A stretch of DNA of 54,977 nucleotides. Origin: Desulfobacterales bacterium (GTDB lineage Bacteria > Desulfobacterota > Desulfobacteria > Desulfobacterales > C00003060). The notes under the pieces are model-generated. The model searched no databases. It had not been told where the DNA came from and was given only the letters and a program-made list of their open reading frames with translations. Positions 37,476 to 46,123 of this stretch are shown in pieces. The position numbers were made by a program, and so were the translations under genes. Position 1 is the first letter of the stretch; every line of letters starts with the position of its first letter. The stretch is taken from positions 1 to 54,977 of the forward strand of contig JAGMBW010000071.1 in assembly GCA_023129535.1 (NCBI GenBank), written 5' to 3'.

Positions 37476-39793
37476 GATCGTTTATCCTTATCGCCAAATA
37501 CAATTTCACCCATCTTGTTCAAATCAGCTACCCCCCGGACCTCATGGGGAAACAAGGGAACTTTTGTTACAATACGGGCGGGAAACCTTGAATGAATCTT
37601 TTTCATATATCCCTGCTGCTCCATCCTTTTGCAGGAGCAAAAATCACAATCCGTTTGGGGAATGACCATGTTGATTGCGATGTGATTACAGGGGACCCTG
37701 GCGCTCTCCAAGGCGTCTACAAGTCGTTCCAGCTCAAGAAAGCCCATGGCCTCAGGGATAGTCACCGCGACAAAAGCCGTTCTTTTGACGTCCACGAATG
37801 CCTCCTGAATCCTCCTCACATTCCTGGACATGGCCAGTGCCTTTTCAGCGGCCTTGGCCAACCTGACCACTCCCCTGTATTTCAACAACAACCTGAAAAA
37901 TGCCTTCAACCATTCCCTGACCATATCAGGAAGCTCCAAAAAGCGAAGAAGGTGGCCGGTGGGAGAGGTATCCAGGATAAAGATATCAAATTTTCCTTCC
38001 TTCTTCAGATCCATGATCATATCCAGGGCCATGATCTCGTCGAGACCCGGCGGCGCAAGGGTAAACAGTTCCGTCATGACCTCACGGTCGAATTTTATAT
38101 CAACGCCGCTGGTCAAAAATCTGTCGAAGAGTGCTTCTATGTCTTTCTTGTACCCCTCCTTGAAATCCTCAAACAACTTATCCGCATCTATCTCCAAAGC
38201 GAAAAGATTGGTATTGACAGGTCCAAGGTCCGAGGTCCAATGTCCAAGGTCCGAGGAGTTGTCCAAAGTCCGAGGTCCAATGTCCAATGTCTTTCCATGG
38301 TTACCTGCTGACTTTGGACTTTGGACTTTGGACTTTGGACCCATCACTTCCGACTTTGGACTTTGGACAGTTCTTGGACTTTGGACTTTGGACGTTGGAC
38401 TATAATCTATTGGCGTCACCTTATCCCCAATCGTCAACTTAAACGAATCGGACAGGGAATGGGCTGGGTCCGTGGAGAAAACAAGGACCTTTTTTCCTGG
38501 ATTACATCGCGCCAAATGAAGTGAGGCGGCTGAAGCAAGGGAGGTCTTGCCCACTCCGCCCTTGCCGCCAAAGAGGACAAATTCGAGATCGGGATCGAGG
38601 GTCAGATACGCCTGGGGCTCTTCATCAGTCTGAGCTACCTTCGGCAGTCTGTAAGGCTTGCCCTTTCCTAAGAGATAGTCCGCCAGGCCTTTCAGTTCTT
38701 CGACCCCTCGGATCTCCCTGGGAAACAACGGGACTTTTATCAAATTATATAGTGAAAAAACATCTTCGATTTCGGACAAAGGCTCCCTTTGATCCTCTTT
38801 TTTTGCTGTGCAAAACGCACAGCCTTCGCTATCCCCGACCCTGTTGACGACAATCTCCTTCACCGGGATGTGGTTCTTGTCCAGACTGCTCAGGAGTCTC
38901 CTGGTCTCATATATACTCATTGGCTCCGGAATAGTCACCGGAACGAACCGGGTTATCTTCTCGTTCGAGAGGAGCTTTTTAACCCTATCAATATCCGAGG
39001 AGAGGTTGTCGAGGAAAATATCACACTCATCTTTGACATACCTTTTTCCGGTAAAATGGGCAGCCATGTAACGGTGCTTGTGCTGCATCAGATCCATAAC
39101 CTCAACCCATTTCAGCATCTGTTCGGGAAGGGCAAGCATCCGCATGGTGTGCCCGGCCGGGGCAGTATCCACTATCAGGATATCATAACTTCCCTCCTTC
39201 AAAATATTGGCTATCTCGATGATGGCCATGACCTCATCCATGCCCGGAAGCGAAAGGTCGAAAAATTCGGCAATGTCCTGCTGGTCAAAATAGGTTCCCC
39301 TCTTCGCAAGTTTCTTCATTACGGGATCATTCTTCTCTCTGAACTCCTCTAACAACCTGTTTGCATCTAACTCACGCGCAAACAAGTTTGCGCGGTCCGA
39401 TGTCCGTTGTCCAATGTCCAATGTCTGATGTTGTCCGATGTCAGACGTCCCGCCATGATCCCTGCCCGAGCTTGGACTTTGGACCTTGGACCTTGGACTT
39501 TGGACTTTGGACCTTGGACGCATCACTTCTGACTTTGGACTTTGGACTTTGGACTTTGGACTATAATCTATTGGTGTGACTTTATCCCCTATCTCTATCC
39601 CAAAGCTATCGCCCAGGGAATGGGCCGGATCGGTCGATATGACCAACACCTTCTTGTCGCTGGGATAAGACCGGGCCAACTGCACAGCCGCAGCCGCAGC
39701 CATGGTAGTCTTGCCCACGCCGCCCTTTCCACCGAACAGGATCAAGCGCAGGTCTCTGTTCTGAAAATATTCAGGTACCCTGCGGGAAATCAT
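37472..39793 (-). CDS. Tandem (two-domain) ArsA/Get3-family ATPase with repeat-encoded insertions in both halves
   Basis: Two GGKGGVGKT(T/S) P-loops, two STDPAHSL motifs and two DT(A/S)P(A/T)GHT(M/L)R switch motifs. Insertions are at 39389-39568 and about 38215-38400. Confidence 0.9.
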   Translation of the reverse strand: MISRRVPEYFQNRDLRLILFGGKGGVGKTTMAAAAAVQLARSYPSDKKVLVISTDPAHSLGDSFGIEIGDKVTPIDYSPKSKVQSPKSEVMRPRSKVQSPRSKVQSPSSGRDHGGTSDIGQHQTLDIGQRTSDRANLFARELDANRLLEEFREKNDPVMKKLAKRGTYFDQQDIAEFFDLSLPGMDEVMAIIEIANILKEGSYDILIVDTAPAGHTMRMLALPEQMLKWVEVMDLMQHKHRYMAAHFTGKRYVKDECDIFLDNLSSDIDRVKKLLSNEKITRFVPVTIPEPMSIYETRRLLSSLDKNHIPVKEIVVNRVGDSEGCAFCTAKKEDQREPLSEIEDVFSLYNLIKVPLFPREIRGVEELKGLADYLLGKGKPYRLPKVAQTDEEPQAYLTLDPDLEFVLFGGKGGVGKTSLASAASLHLARCNPGKKVLVFSTDPAHSLSDSFKLTIGDKVTPIDYSPTSKVQSPRTVQSPKSEVMGPKSKVQSPKSAGNHGKTLDIGPRTLDNSSDLGHWTSDLGPVNTNLFALEIDADKLFEDFKEGYKKDIEALFDRFLTSGVDIKFDREVMTELFTLAPPGLDEIMALDMIMDLKKEGKFDIFILDTSPTGHLLRFLELPDMVREWLKAFFRLLLKYRGVVRLAKAAEKALAMSRNVRRIQEAFVDVKRTAFVAVTIPEAMGFLELERLVDALESARVPCNHIAINMVIPQTDCDFCSCKRMEQQGYMKKIHSRFPARIVTKVPLFPHEVRGVADLNKMGEIVFGDKDKRS
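38215..38400. repeat. Palindromic heptamer array (GTCCAAN)n...(TTGGACN)n translated in frame within ArsA half 2
   Basis: Read directly from the sequence. It encodes ...SKVQSPRTVQSPKSEVMGPKSKVQSPKS...TLDIGPRTLD...HWTSDLGP. Confidence 0.85.
39389..39568. repeat. Palindromic heptamer array translated in frame within ArsA half 1
   Basis: Encodes DYSPKSKVQSPKSEVMRPRSKVQSPRSKVQSPSS...TSDIGQHQTLDIGQRTSD, at the same structural position (after GDKVTPID) as in half 2. Confidence 0.85.
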
Positions 39794-39807
39794 TATTGAA
39801 AATTCCT

Positions 39808-40716
39808 TTATCCTATCCGAAAAATTCCTTCACAATATTTATTTCCATCCGGAAGGCTTGATTCAAATTCAAAACGAGCTGTTTGGTTAATGGCCCGTGC
39901 TACGTTATTGATATACTCGGTGCAATAAAAAGAGCAGTTTACCCATCCAGGATCTTGATCCAGCCCCATACTTCTAATCACCGAATACTGCCAGCAGGCG
40001 CTCACTCGAATAGTTGATTGTGTAGCACTTTTCTCCAGAACCTTCACTTTGGGGCTTCCGATAATGGCAGCCATTACTCCGTAGGTCTTAGCTATGGCAG
40101 CGGCATCATTCCCTTTGATGCCCAGTCTTTCCTTCGATGACAGATATTTTTGCCCAATTGAATTTAGGGCTAATTTTTTTGCTTTTAAAAGGCCTTTCCA
40201 CGTACCTCCGTGCCTTTCAATCAAACCCCTCTCCATCTGATAAGTAGCTTCAGTATACTTGACCAAATATATCATCCTAACCCAATCTTTGCTTGCCAGT
40301 TCGAACTTTTCTCTGGTAGGAAGCTTTTTTATAACTTCTTCAATTGTATCAAAAAGAGCATCCTTCATTTCAGGCATTAATTCTTCAAATATTTCCTGTG
40401 CCCGGTGTACGCATTCCACTGCCTTTTCATGTTCTCCCATGGCCTGGTGAATTTCACCGAGAGTCACATAAGGAAGCGTCTTGTCCTGCGCTTTACTGAT
40501 CGCATCTTTTGCTTGTTCCACAGCCAGGTCAAGCTGACCGGCGTTCATATATGAATCTGCCAAATTGTTGTGTATAAGAGCGCCATTATCTGAACGTTCA
40601 TTTAAGGCTTGCAGGTAATGCTCGATTGAGGCCACATAATCTCCTTTACAAGCACACCTGTGTCCCATTTTCATGGAATGGCTCCAACCTATTTTGTCTA
40701 CACTATATACTGCCAT
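39808..40716 (-). CDS. TPR-repeat protein with a Cys-containing C-terminal domain
   Basis: TPR-like YLQALNERSDNG..., LADSYMNAGQLDLAVEQAKDAI and LGEIHQAMGEHEKAVECVHRAQEI. The C-terminal domain is unassigned. Confidence 0.7.
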   Translation of the reverse strand: MAVYSVDKIGWSHSMKMGHRCACKGDYVASIEHYLQALNERSDNGALIHNNLADSYMNAGQLDLAVEQAKDAISKAQDKTLPYVTLGEIHQAMGEHEKAVECVHRAQEIFEELMPEMKDALFDTIEEVIKKLPTREKFELASKDWVRMIYLVKYTEATYQMERGLIERHGGTWKGLLKAKKLALNSIGQKYLSSKERLGIKGNDAAAIAKTYGVMAAIIGSPKVKVLEKSATQSTIRVSACWQYSVIRSMGLDQDPGWVNCSFYCTEYINNVARAINQTARFEFESSLPDGNKYCEGIFRIG

Positions 40717-40718
40717 TT

Positions 40719-41261
40719 TTACTTCCTTTTAGTTTTCTTGAAAGCTTTAAGTCTTTCTACCGCCTTATCTACTTTCTGCTCTGTCTTTTTAACCTCACCC
40801 AGTCGGTCGAAGTTATAATTCATTTGAGTCTCTTCTATCGGATCTATGAAGGTTTGTGGTAACTCCATCCCCCCTTTTTCTCTTACCCGTATCCCAATTC
40901 CTCCTGGAATATTCTTAGCTATCTCCTGGGCAATTTCCTTAACCATATTCTTATTCAAGCTCCTATCTTCTTTAGCTATCGATCTGGCATACGAAAACTC
41001 CTCAATTTCACCATCCTTTCCACGACGGCCCACACGCCGATAACCTTCTATGTTAAGCTGTTTATCTATATCTACCTCGTAGATATTTCGTTCGTGAATG
41101 ATACGGTAGTCTTTGGTGCTGTCCCACATGGTATCAGTGGCCTCCACCAGAACTTTCCACTCTCCAGGATGAGGTGTCACCTGAATAATGGTTCCTTTTT
41201 TCCCCAAATCAAAGCGGAAGAAAAGCTTTATTTCTTTAATTGCATCCTTAACTGTAGCCAT
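40719..41261 (-). CDS. GvpO-like protein with a C-terminal extension
   Basis: GEWKVLVEATD...YEVDIDKQLNIEGYRRVGRRGKDG parallels the GvpO core (GWxVxVEVVE...YEvtlD...GYerv.RY.RG). Confidence 0.5.
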   Translation of the reverse strand: MATVKDAIKEIKLFFRFDLGKKGTIIQVTPHPGEWKVLVEATDTMWDSTKDYRIIHERNIYEVDIDKQLNIEGYRRVGRRGKDGEIEEFSYARSIAKEDRSLNKNMVKEIAQEIAKNIPGGIGIRVREKGGMELPQTFIDPIEETQMNYNFDRLGEVKKTEQKVDKAVERLKAFKKTKRK

Positions 41262-41272
41262 TTTGTTAACCT

Positions 41273-42355
41273 CTAAACCGAGGGGTGAGGTCCGCCCTCG
41301 AGCCTCTCCTGATCCGTAATGGCAGCAATGAGGGTTCCCCTGGCTACCGCATGTAGAGGAGAAGAGGCCATTTTTACCTTGCCGATTTCCATAGGGAATT
41401 TAACCTGTGATAGTGCTTTATTAAATTTAACTAAAAATCCCTTCGGCATAGTTGTCCCACCTGAAATTACCAGAGTCACCGGTTTGGTGAAACGAGGTAG
41501 CTTAGGGTTGTTATCAAATTCTTGCTTGATACTTTTCAGAACATAATTTATGAGATTATCGTAGTAAATGGCCAGGGCGGTTTCTATGTGGGATTGGGTC
41601 TTCACATTGGTGAGGTCAAGAGATTTCTCTTTTACTTCACACACCCGGCTGGCGGTTTCCCCTAAGGCAATCCCCACTTGTTCATCAATCCAGTCACCTG
41701 ATTTGCTCAGACTGAAGCTTACCACTGGAACCGACATATAACTGAGACACATATTCACCATACCTGCCCCGAAAGAGATGCCAATGCCGGTGAACTCCTC
41801 GTCGGCTAATTCTGAAAAGATTATACCCATACCTTCGTTAATCGGCTTTGGCGTATATCCGGCTTTTTCCAGGAATCTTTTGACAATATTTTCATGGTAA
41901 ATGATATCAAAATCGGCATCAAGTGGAGCAGCCGGGACTGAATAGTAAACTATCTCCCCCTTGCATTTAGGCCGGCCAATCACGCTTTGTATGATGAGTT
42001 CAATCATTGGTAAGCTCTCTTTTTCTGAAGGACTGATTACCCCCTTTCTCAAAGGTCGGCGTAATTCCCGGTGGAAAATATTTGCCATCTCCATAGCCTC
42101 ATCGCCTATCACATAAAGACTTCCATCTTTTTCAATATACTTTACGTTAATCTTGTTAAGCATCTTTTTGGTGAAATCGCCAGGCTCAATGTTAAAAAAG
42201 GCATCCCTCTGTCTTCGGAAAACAATATTTCCTTTTTCCCTTTCGGCGCAGTAAATAAAGGCAGTGCCAACATCCAGACCTTTACCTAAGTCTTTTTCCA
42301 CAGTAGCTTCCGCCCTCTTCGCCCTACGGTTTTTCGCACCTGTTTTTGTCACCAC
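41273..42355 (-). CDS. Actin-like ATPase (ParM/MreB/MamK superfamily)
   Basis: GLDVGTAFIY (phosphate 1), GIGISFGAGMVN (phosphate 2) and LVISGGTTMPKGF (adenosine motif). Confidence 0.75.
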   Translation of the reverse strand: MVTKTGAKNRRAKRAEATVEKDLGKGLDVGTAFIYCAEREKGNIVFRRQRDAFFNIEPGDFTKKMLNKINVKYIEKDGSLYVIGDEAMEMANIFHRELRRPLRKGVISPSEKESLPMIELIIQSVIGRPKCKGEIVYYSVPAAPLDADFDIIYHENIVKRFLEKAGYTPKPINEGMGIIFSELADEEFTGIGISFGAGMVNMCLSYMSVPVVSFSLSKSGDWIDEQVGIALGETASRVCEVKEKSLDLTNVKTQSHIETALAIYYDNLINYVLKSIKQEFDNNPKLPRFTKPVTLVISGGTTMPKGFLVKFNKALSQVKFPMEIGKVKMASSPLHAVARGTLIAAITDQERLEGGPHPSV

Positions 42356-42371
42356 GAGTTATTCCTCCTTT

Positions 42372-43751
42372 TTATGCGAATTGGCGTAGTTTCTCCCTGA
42401 ATTGAAATTCGTCAATGGCTCTTTCATATAGATTATTGAGCTCTTCATTGGTGATATTTCTTAGTTTGATAACACCTTTTTCAAGTTGATATGAATATTG
42501 ACTCCAATCAGAAGTTGCTAACATATCATTCATCTTACAGTATTCGTATAATGGGGTTCCAGGGAAGGGAGTCACTATTGAAAATCCTGCGCTATCCAAA
42601 CCGTGATTCAATGCCAGATCCTTGGCGAGGTTTATTGTATCCTCAATTGTTTCAACAGTCTCCGTAGGGTAGCCCATCATGAAATATCCATAAGAAGATA
42701 TCCCCGTCCTTGAGGTTATGTCTATCGTTTCCCGGACTTGCTTGATGGTAAATCCTTTCTTGCACAGGTCAAGTATCCTCTGGTTCCCGAATTCAATTCC
42801 ATAGAAAATAACAAGACAGTTGGCTTTTTCCATTACCTTAAGTAGTTTCTCTGACACCAAACCTACCCTGCCGTCGCAAGCCCACGTAAGACCGTCAAGG
42901 CCTCTCTCGGCCATACCCCTGCACAAATCAACGGTCCACTCTTTGTTCACAATAAGAAGGTCGTCAAGGAACCTGATGTATCTTACGCCAAACTCTTTAT
43001 AGATTTGCTCCAGTTCATCCAGGACATTCTCCACGGATCGCCTTCTGTGTTTTCTTCCCCATATACGTGGAGCAGCGCAGAATGCACACTGATAGGGGCA
43101 TCCTCTCGTTGATAAAACAGGACTGAATGTCTGGCCTTCAGTCCATAATCCACGGTAGGCGGGATTATGGAGTAAATTACGGGCAGGAAAAGCAAATGTG
43201 TCAAGATTCTTAACAAAGGGTCGGTCCGGATTAACAATTATATCATTGCCCCGTTTGAAAGTTATACCTCTTATTGCGGTAAGATCGCCGCCTTTCAATA
43301 GACAGTCTATCAAATCCAGGCACGTTATCTCACCTTCACCCCTAACGCAAAAATCCACGGAGTCATTATCAATAATACTTTTATGCTCAAAATGTATATG
43401 AGGCCCTCCTAAAATCACCTTTATACCCGGGTTGATTTCCTTTACTTTTTGTGCGAGATAAAGAGCGCTGTTTACACGCGCAGTAATAGCTGTTATGCCA
43501 ACGAATTGAGGGGCCTCTTTTTCAATTTTTTTTATGACTTCATCATGGGAAAGGCCTCTTGTGCGAGCTTCGATCAAGCTGACATCTATCCCATTATCCA
43601 TCAACGTTCCTGCAATATATGCAAGACCAAGAGGCGGATAGACCTCATGCATTTCAGTAGCCTTCGGCGCTTGTTGGCTTTTGCCCATCTCCGAAATCTG
43701 ATCAGGTGGGTCAATTAAAATACATTTAACCTCTTGATCTTTTTTGATCAT
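42372..43751 (-). CDS. B12-binding domain radical SAM protein
   Basis: N-terminal cobalamin-binding-like YPPLGLAYIAGTL and the radical SAM cluster motif RGCPYQCAFC. Confidence 0.85.
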   Translation of the reverse strand: MIKKDQEVKCILIDPPDQISEMGKSQQAPKATEMHEVYPPLGLAYIAGTLMDNGIDVSLIEARTRGLSHDEVIKKIEKEAPQFVGITAITARVNSALYLAQKVKEINPGIKVILGGPHIHFEHKSIIDNDSVDFCVRGEGEITCLDLIDCLLKGGDLTAIRGITFKRGNDIIVNPDRPFVKNLDTFAFPARNLLHNPAYRGLWTEGQTFSPVLSTRGCPYQCAFCAAPRIWGRKHRRRSVENVLDELEQIYKEFGVRYIRFLDDLLIVNKEWTVDLCRGMAERGLDGLTWACDGRVGLVSEKLLKVMEKANCLVIFYGIEFGNQRILDLCKKGFTIKQVRETIDITSRTGISSYGYFMMGYPTETVETIEDTINLAKDLALNHGLDSAGFSIVTPFPGTPLYEYCKMNDMLATSDWSQYSYQLEKGVIKLRNITNEELNNLYERAIDEFQFREKLRQFA

Positions 43752-43813
43752 CTCTTCTGCTCCTGTTTAACGCCCCCTACAGCTTTTGTCCCTTCTTAAT
43801 GTTCTTTTGGCTT

Positions 43814-44584
43814 CTAATCCGGAACATATTGTACTTTATTCCTACAATGTCTACATTCCATAACTCTTCCATCAGTTTTAAGTACTATATCTCCATCACA
43901 ATGTGGACATTTCTCTTTGCTTGTCGGCCCTGCTGGGGGCTTTGTGGACTTGCTTTTATGTGGCTTAAGAGGCGCTGGAGTGTACGGCTTAATTGGCACA
44001 GGGGTGTATGGCTTCAGTGGTGCTGGACTGTACGGCTTAAGCGGTGCTGGAGTGTAGGGCTTCGGTGGTACTGGTTTGTACGCTTTGAGCGGTGCTGGAG
44101 TGTAGTCCTTTAATGGTGCAGGCTTGTAGGCTTTAAGGGGCACGGGAGTGTAGTCCTTTAACGGTACAGGTTTGTAAGGCTTAAGAGACGCCGGAGTGTA
44201 GTCCTTCAATGGTGCCGGTTTATACGGCTTAAGCGGTGCTCGGGTGTAGGGCTTGAGTGGAACCGGAGTATAGTCCTTTAATGGCACTGGCGTGTACGGC
44301 TTAAGAGCTGGCGTGTACGGCTTCGATGGTTCTGGTTCGTATGCCTTGAGCGGCGCTGGACTATAGTCCCTCAATGGCGCTGGTTTGTACGCCTTAGTAG
44401 GGACAGGGGTGTACGGCTTGAGTGGAACTGGCTTGTATGGCTTAAGCGGCACAGGAGTGTAGGCATTCAGTCGCTTAGGCTTATAGGAAGGCCTGGATTT
44501 GGATCTGGGATGGTCTTTACCCCGCTTTATGAATTTTTCCCTCCACCTTTTATCCTTAATTATCTCTTGAGCCTTTTCTTGCAT
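43814..44584 (-). CDS. Proline-rich octapeptide-repeat protein (about 20+ x PLKxYxPx) with a C-terminal zinc ribbon
   Basis: The repeats span about 43940-44470. The C-terminus has CPHCDG...CRHC. Confidence 0.7.
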   Translation of the reverse strand: MQEKAQEIIKDKRWREKFIKRGKDHPRSKSRPSYKPKRLNAYTPVPLKPYKPVPLKPYTPVPTKAYKPAPLRDYSPAPLKAYEPEPSKPYTPALKPYTPVPLKDYTPVPLKPYTRAPLKPYKPAPLKDYTPASLKPYKPVPLKDYTPVPLKAYKPAPLKDYTPAPLKAYKPVPPKPYTPAPLKPYSPAPLKPYTPVPIKPYTPAPLKPHKSKSTKPPAGPTSKEKCPHCDGDIVLKTDGRVMECRHCRNKVQYVPD

Positions 44585-44662
44585 TGTTGTACCTCCTTTC
44601 CCACCCAGCTAAACTGATTTTTCATGGAAACGAAAAACATCATTGTTATCAGTGGTCAGTTA

Positions 44663-45622
44663 TCAGTGGGTATTGTTCAAAGTCCGAGGTCCAAGGTCCG
44701 GAGTCTTGCCATGCTCGCTTACTGACTTTGGACATTGGACTTTGGACAATCTTATCTCCAGCAAATTGTTTTTCAGATGCATCTGATGGTTATCAGAGTT
44801 TACCTCAGCGGGCAGACGGATGATTTCCTTCCAGGTGGAATCAGTCTTCTCGGATCTGACCGTAACCTGGTCTCTGTTGACCTCAAGCCTTAAATCGGAC
44901 GCCTCGGTCCCTCTCACTTCCATGATGACCTGTATATGGGAAGCTTCATCGAATATATCCAATACCCGGTCTTTACTCTGTATCCGTTTCTCCTGCTGCC
45001 CCATCAGCCACCAGCTAAATAAAACCTTTTCTCCGGTTTCCGGGTCCACCCTTGATCTTTCAAAAGAGAGAATCGGACATCCAACCGTCTTTTCTGCGAT
45101 GGGATTGATCGTCTCCTTGATGTTCAGAAGGATATGCATATGGTTTGGCGCATCGATCAGTTCGGCCAACTCGTCGATCCTGGCGTGGCGATTCTCCCAC
45201 AGGTACCACAAGATATCCCGGCTTTCAGGATCTAATTGAGCAGCAATCTTTTCAATAGTCTCCTGATCGACCTTTAAAAGTGAGGTTTGATAGATTATTT
45301 TTTTCCGCCAGTCTCCCAAATCGTTTGCGACGAACCAGATCTTGCCTTCCCTTGAGCCGTTTCTGGCTTTATAGACAATACATAAGGATTCCCTTTTTCT
45401 GAGAACATAGTGAAGCCTTTCTATTGCCAAATCCTTAATTTGGTCGAGTGGGATCTCAAATCTAATTGTTGGCCTCTGATACATAATAAACCTCTGGCTG
45501 GTCAGAAGACACTGGGCTACTTTCCAGCCAGAGCGAAAATTATGCTTATACGACCCCTGGCCCTGTAGTATTAGCTGTTCGCCTGTTTGAAGTCTCGGAG
45601 TGTTGGCTTTTTGGGAAATCAT
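44663..45622 (-). CDS. Multidomain protein: N-terminal PH/GRAM-like domain, central domain, C-terminal Hsp20-like domain
   Basis: WKVAQCLLTSQRFIMYQRPTIRFEIPLDQIKDL resembles a PH-like domain. VLDIFDEASHIQVIMEVRGTEASDLRLEVNRDQVTV...NNLLEIRL resembles an alpha-crystallin domain. The last 25 or so aa are encoded by the heptamer array. Confidence 0.7.
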   Translation of the reverse strand: MISQKANTPRLQTGEQLILQGQGSYKHNFRSGWKVAQCLLTSQRFIMYQRPTIRFEIPLDQIKDLAIERLHYVLRKRESLCIVYKARNGSREGKIWFVANDLGDWRKKIIYQTSLLKVDQETIEKIAAQLDPESRDILWYLWENRHARIDELAELIDAPNHMHILLNIKETINPIAEKTVGCPILSFERSRVDPETGEKVLFSWWLMGQQEKRIQSKDRVLDIFDEASHIQVIMEVRGTEASDLRLEVNRDQVTVRSEKTDSTWKEIIRLPAEVNSDNHQMHLKNNLLEIRLSKVQCPKSVSEHGKTPDLGPRTLNNTH

Positions 45623-45626
45623 TATT

Positions 45627-45658
45627 CGTTGCTGGTTGCTGGTTGCTGGTTGCTGGTT
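45627..45658. repeat. (GTTGCTG)n heptamer array, left flank of four-helix-bundle gene A
   Basis: Near-complementary to (AACGAGC)n at 46075-46105. Confidence 0.85.
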
Positions 45659-45667
45659 AAATGCGAA

Positions 45668-46039
45668 TTATTTCCATTCGGTTTCGACATATTGAATAAA
45701 TTTGTTGATCTTTCTTCCAAGTTTGTCATTTTTTTCTTTTAGTTCTTTATAAAGTTGAACACTGATATATCCTGAGTCATGGATAAAATCCAAATGAACT
45801 TGAGTTTCATCGCATGATGCTTGCGCATAAACCAAAAACTTCACAAAATCATTCTTGTATCTTCTTCTTCCGTACCCCTCCACAATACAGGAACAAACCC
45901 CTTTTGAGGACCTCCTTATCTGACTACCTTCCTCATAAAGTTCGTATTTGGGTAGTTTCAAAGACATATGATGTATCTTCATTGCCAATTCATACGCCAA
46001 TTGATAGATCTCCAAATCACGATAGCTTTTCGGCCTCAA
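45668..46039 (-). CDS. Four-helix-bundle protein (23S rRNA intervening-sequence protein / Avd-like family)
   Basis: YRDLEIYQLAYELAMKIHHMSLKLPKYELYEEGSQIRRSSKGVCSCIVEGYGRRRYKNDFVKFLVYAQASCDET. Confidence 0.85.
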   Translation of the reverse strand: MRPKSYRDLEIYQLAYELAMKIHHMSLKLPKYELYEEGSQIRRSSKGVCSCIVEGYGRRRYKNDFVKFLVYAQASCDETQVHLDFIHDSGYISVQLYKELKEKNDKLGRKINKFIQYVETEWK

Positions 46040-46074
46040 AGGTTCCCTCCTTTTTTCATTTCTCGCTATTTTTT

Positions 46075-46105
46075 AACGAGTAACGAGCAACGAGCAACGA
46101 GCAAC
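46075..46105. repeat. (AACGAGC)n heptamer array, right flank of four-helix-bundle gene A
   Basis: The reverse complement GTTGCTC differs by 1 nt per unit from the left-flank unit GTTGCTG. Confidence 0.85.
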
Positions 46106-46123
46106 ACAACCCACAACCTCATT

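Noticed and set aside
38321-38524. Plus-strand ORFs made of heptamer arrays (also 39361-39579, 39542-39799, 47730-47978, 47838-48104, 50977-51336, 51240-51587).
   Set aside because: They translate as MDFGLWT-type repeat peptides, only because these heptamers lack stop codons in all frames. They overlap well-supported minus-strand genes.
40719-41261. Whether the island could be a magnetosome (mam/mad) cluster, because of the actin-like gene and TPR protein.
   Set aside because: No MamA/B/E/I/M/O/P/Q-like proteins (CDF transporter, HtrA protease with magnetochrome) were seen. Clear GvpA, GvpF/L and GvpK signatures point to a gas-vesicle lineage instead.
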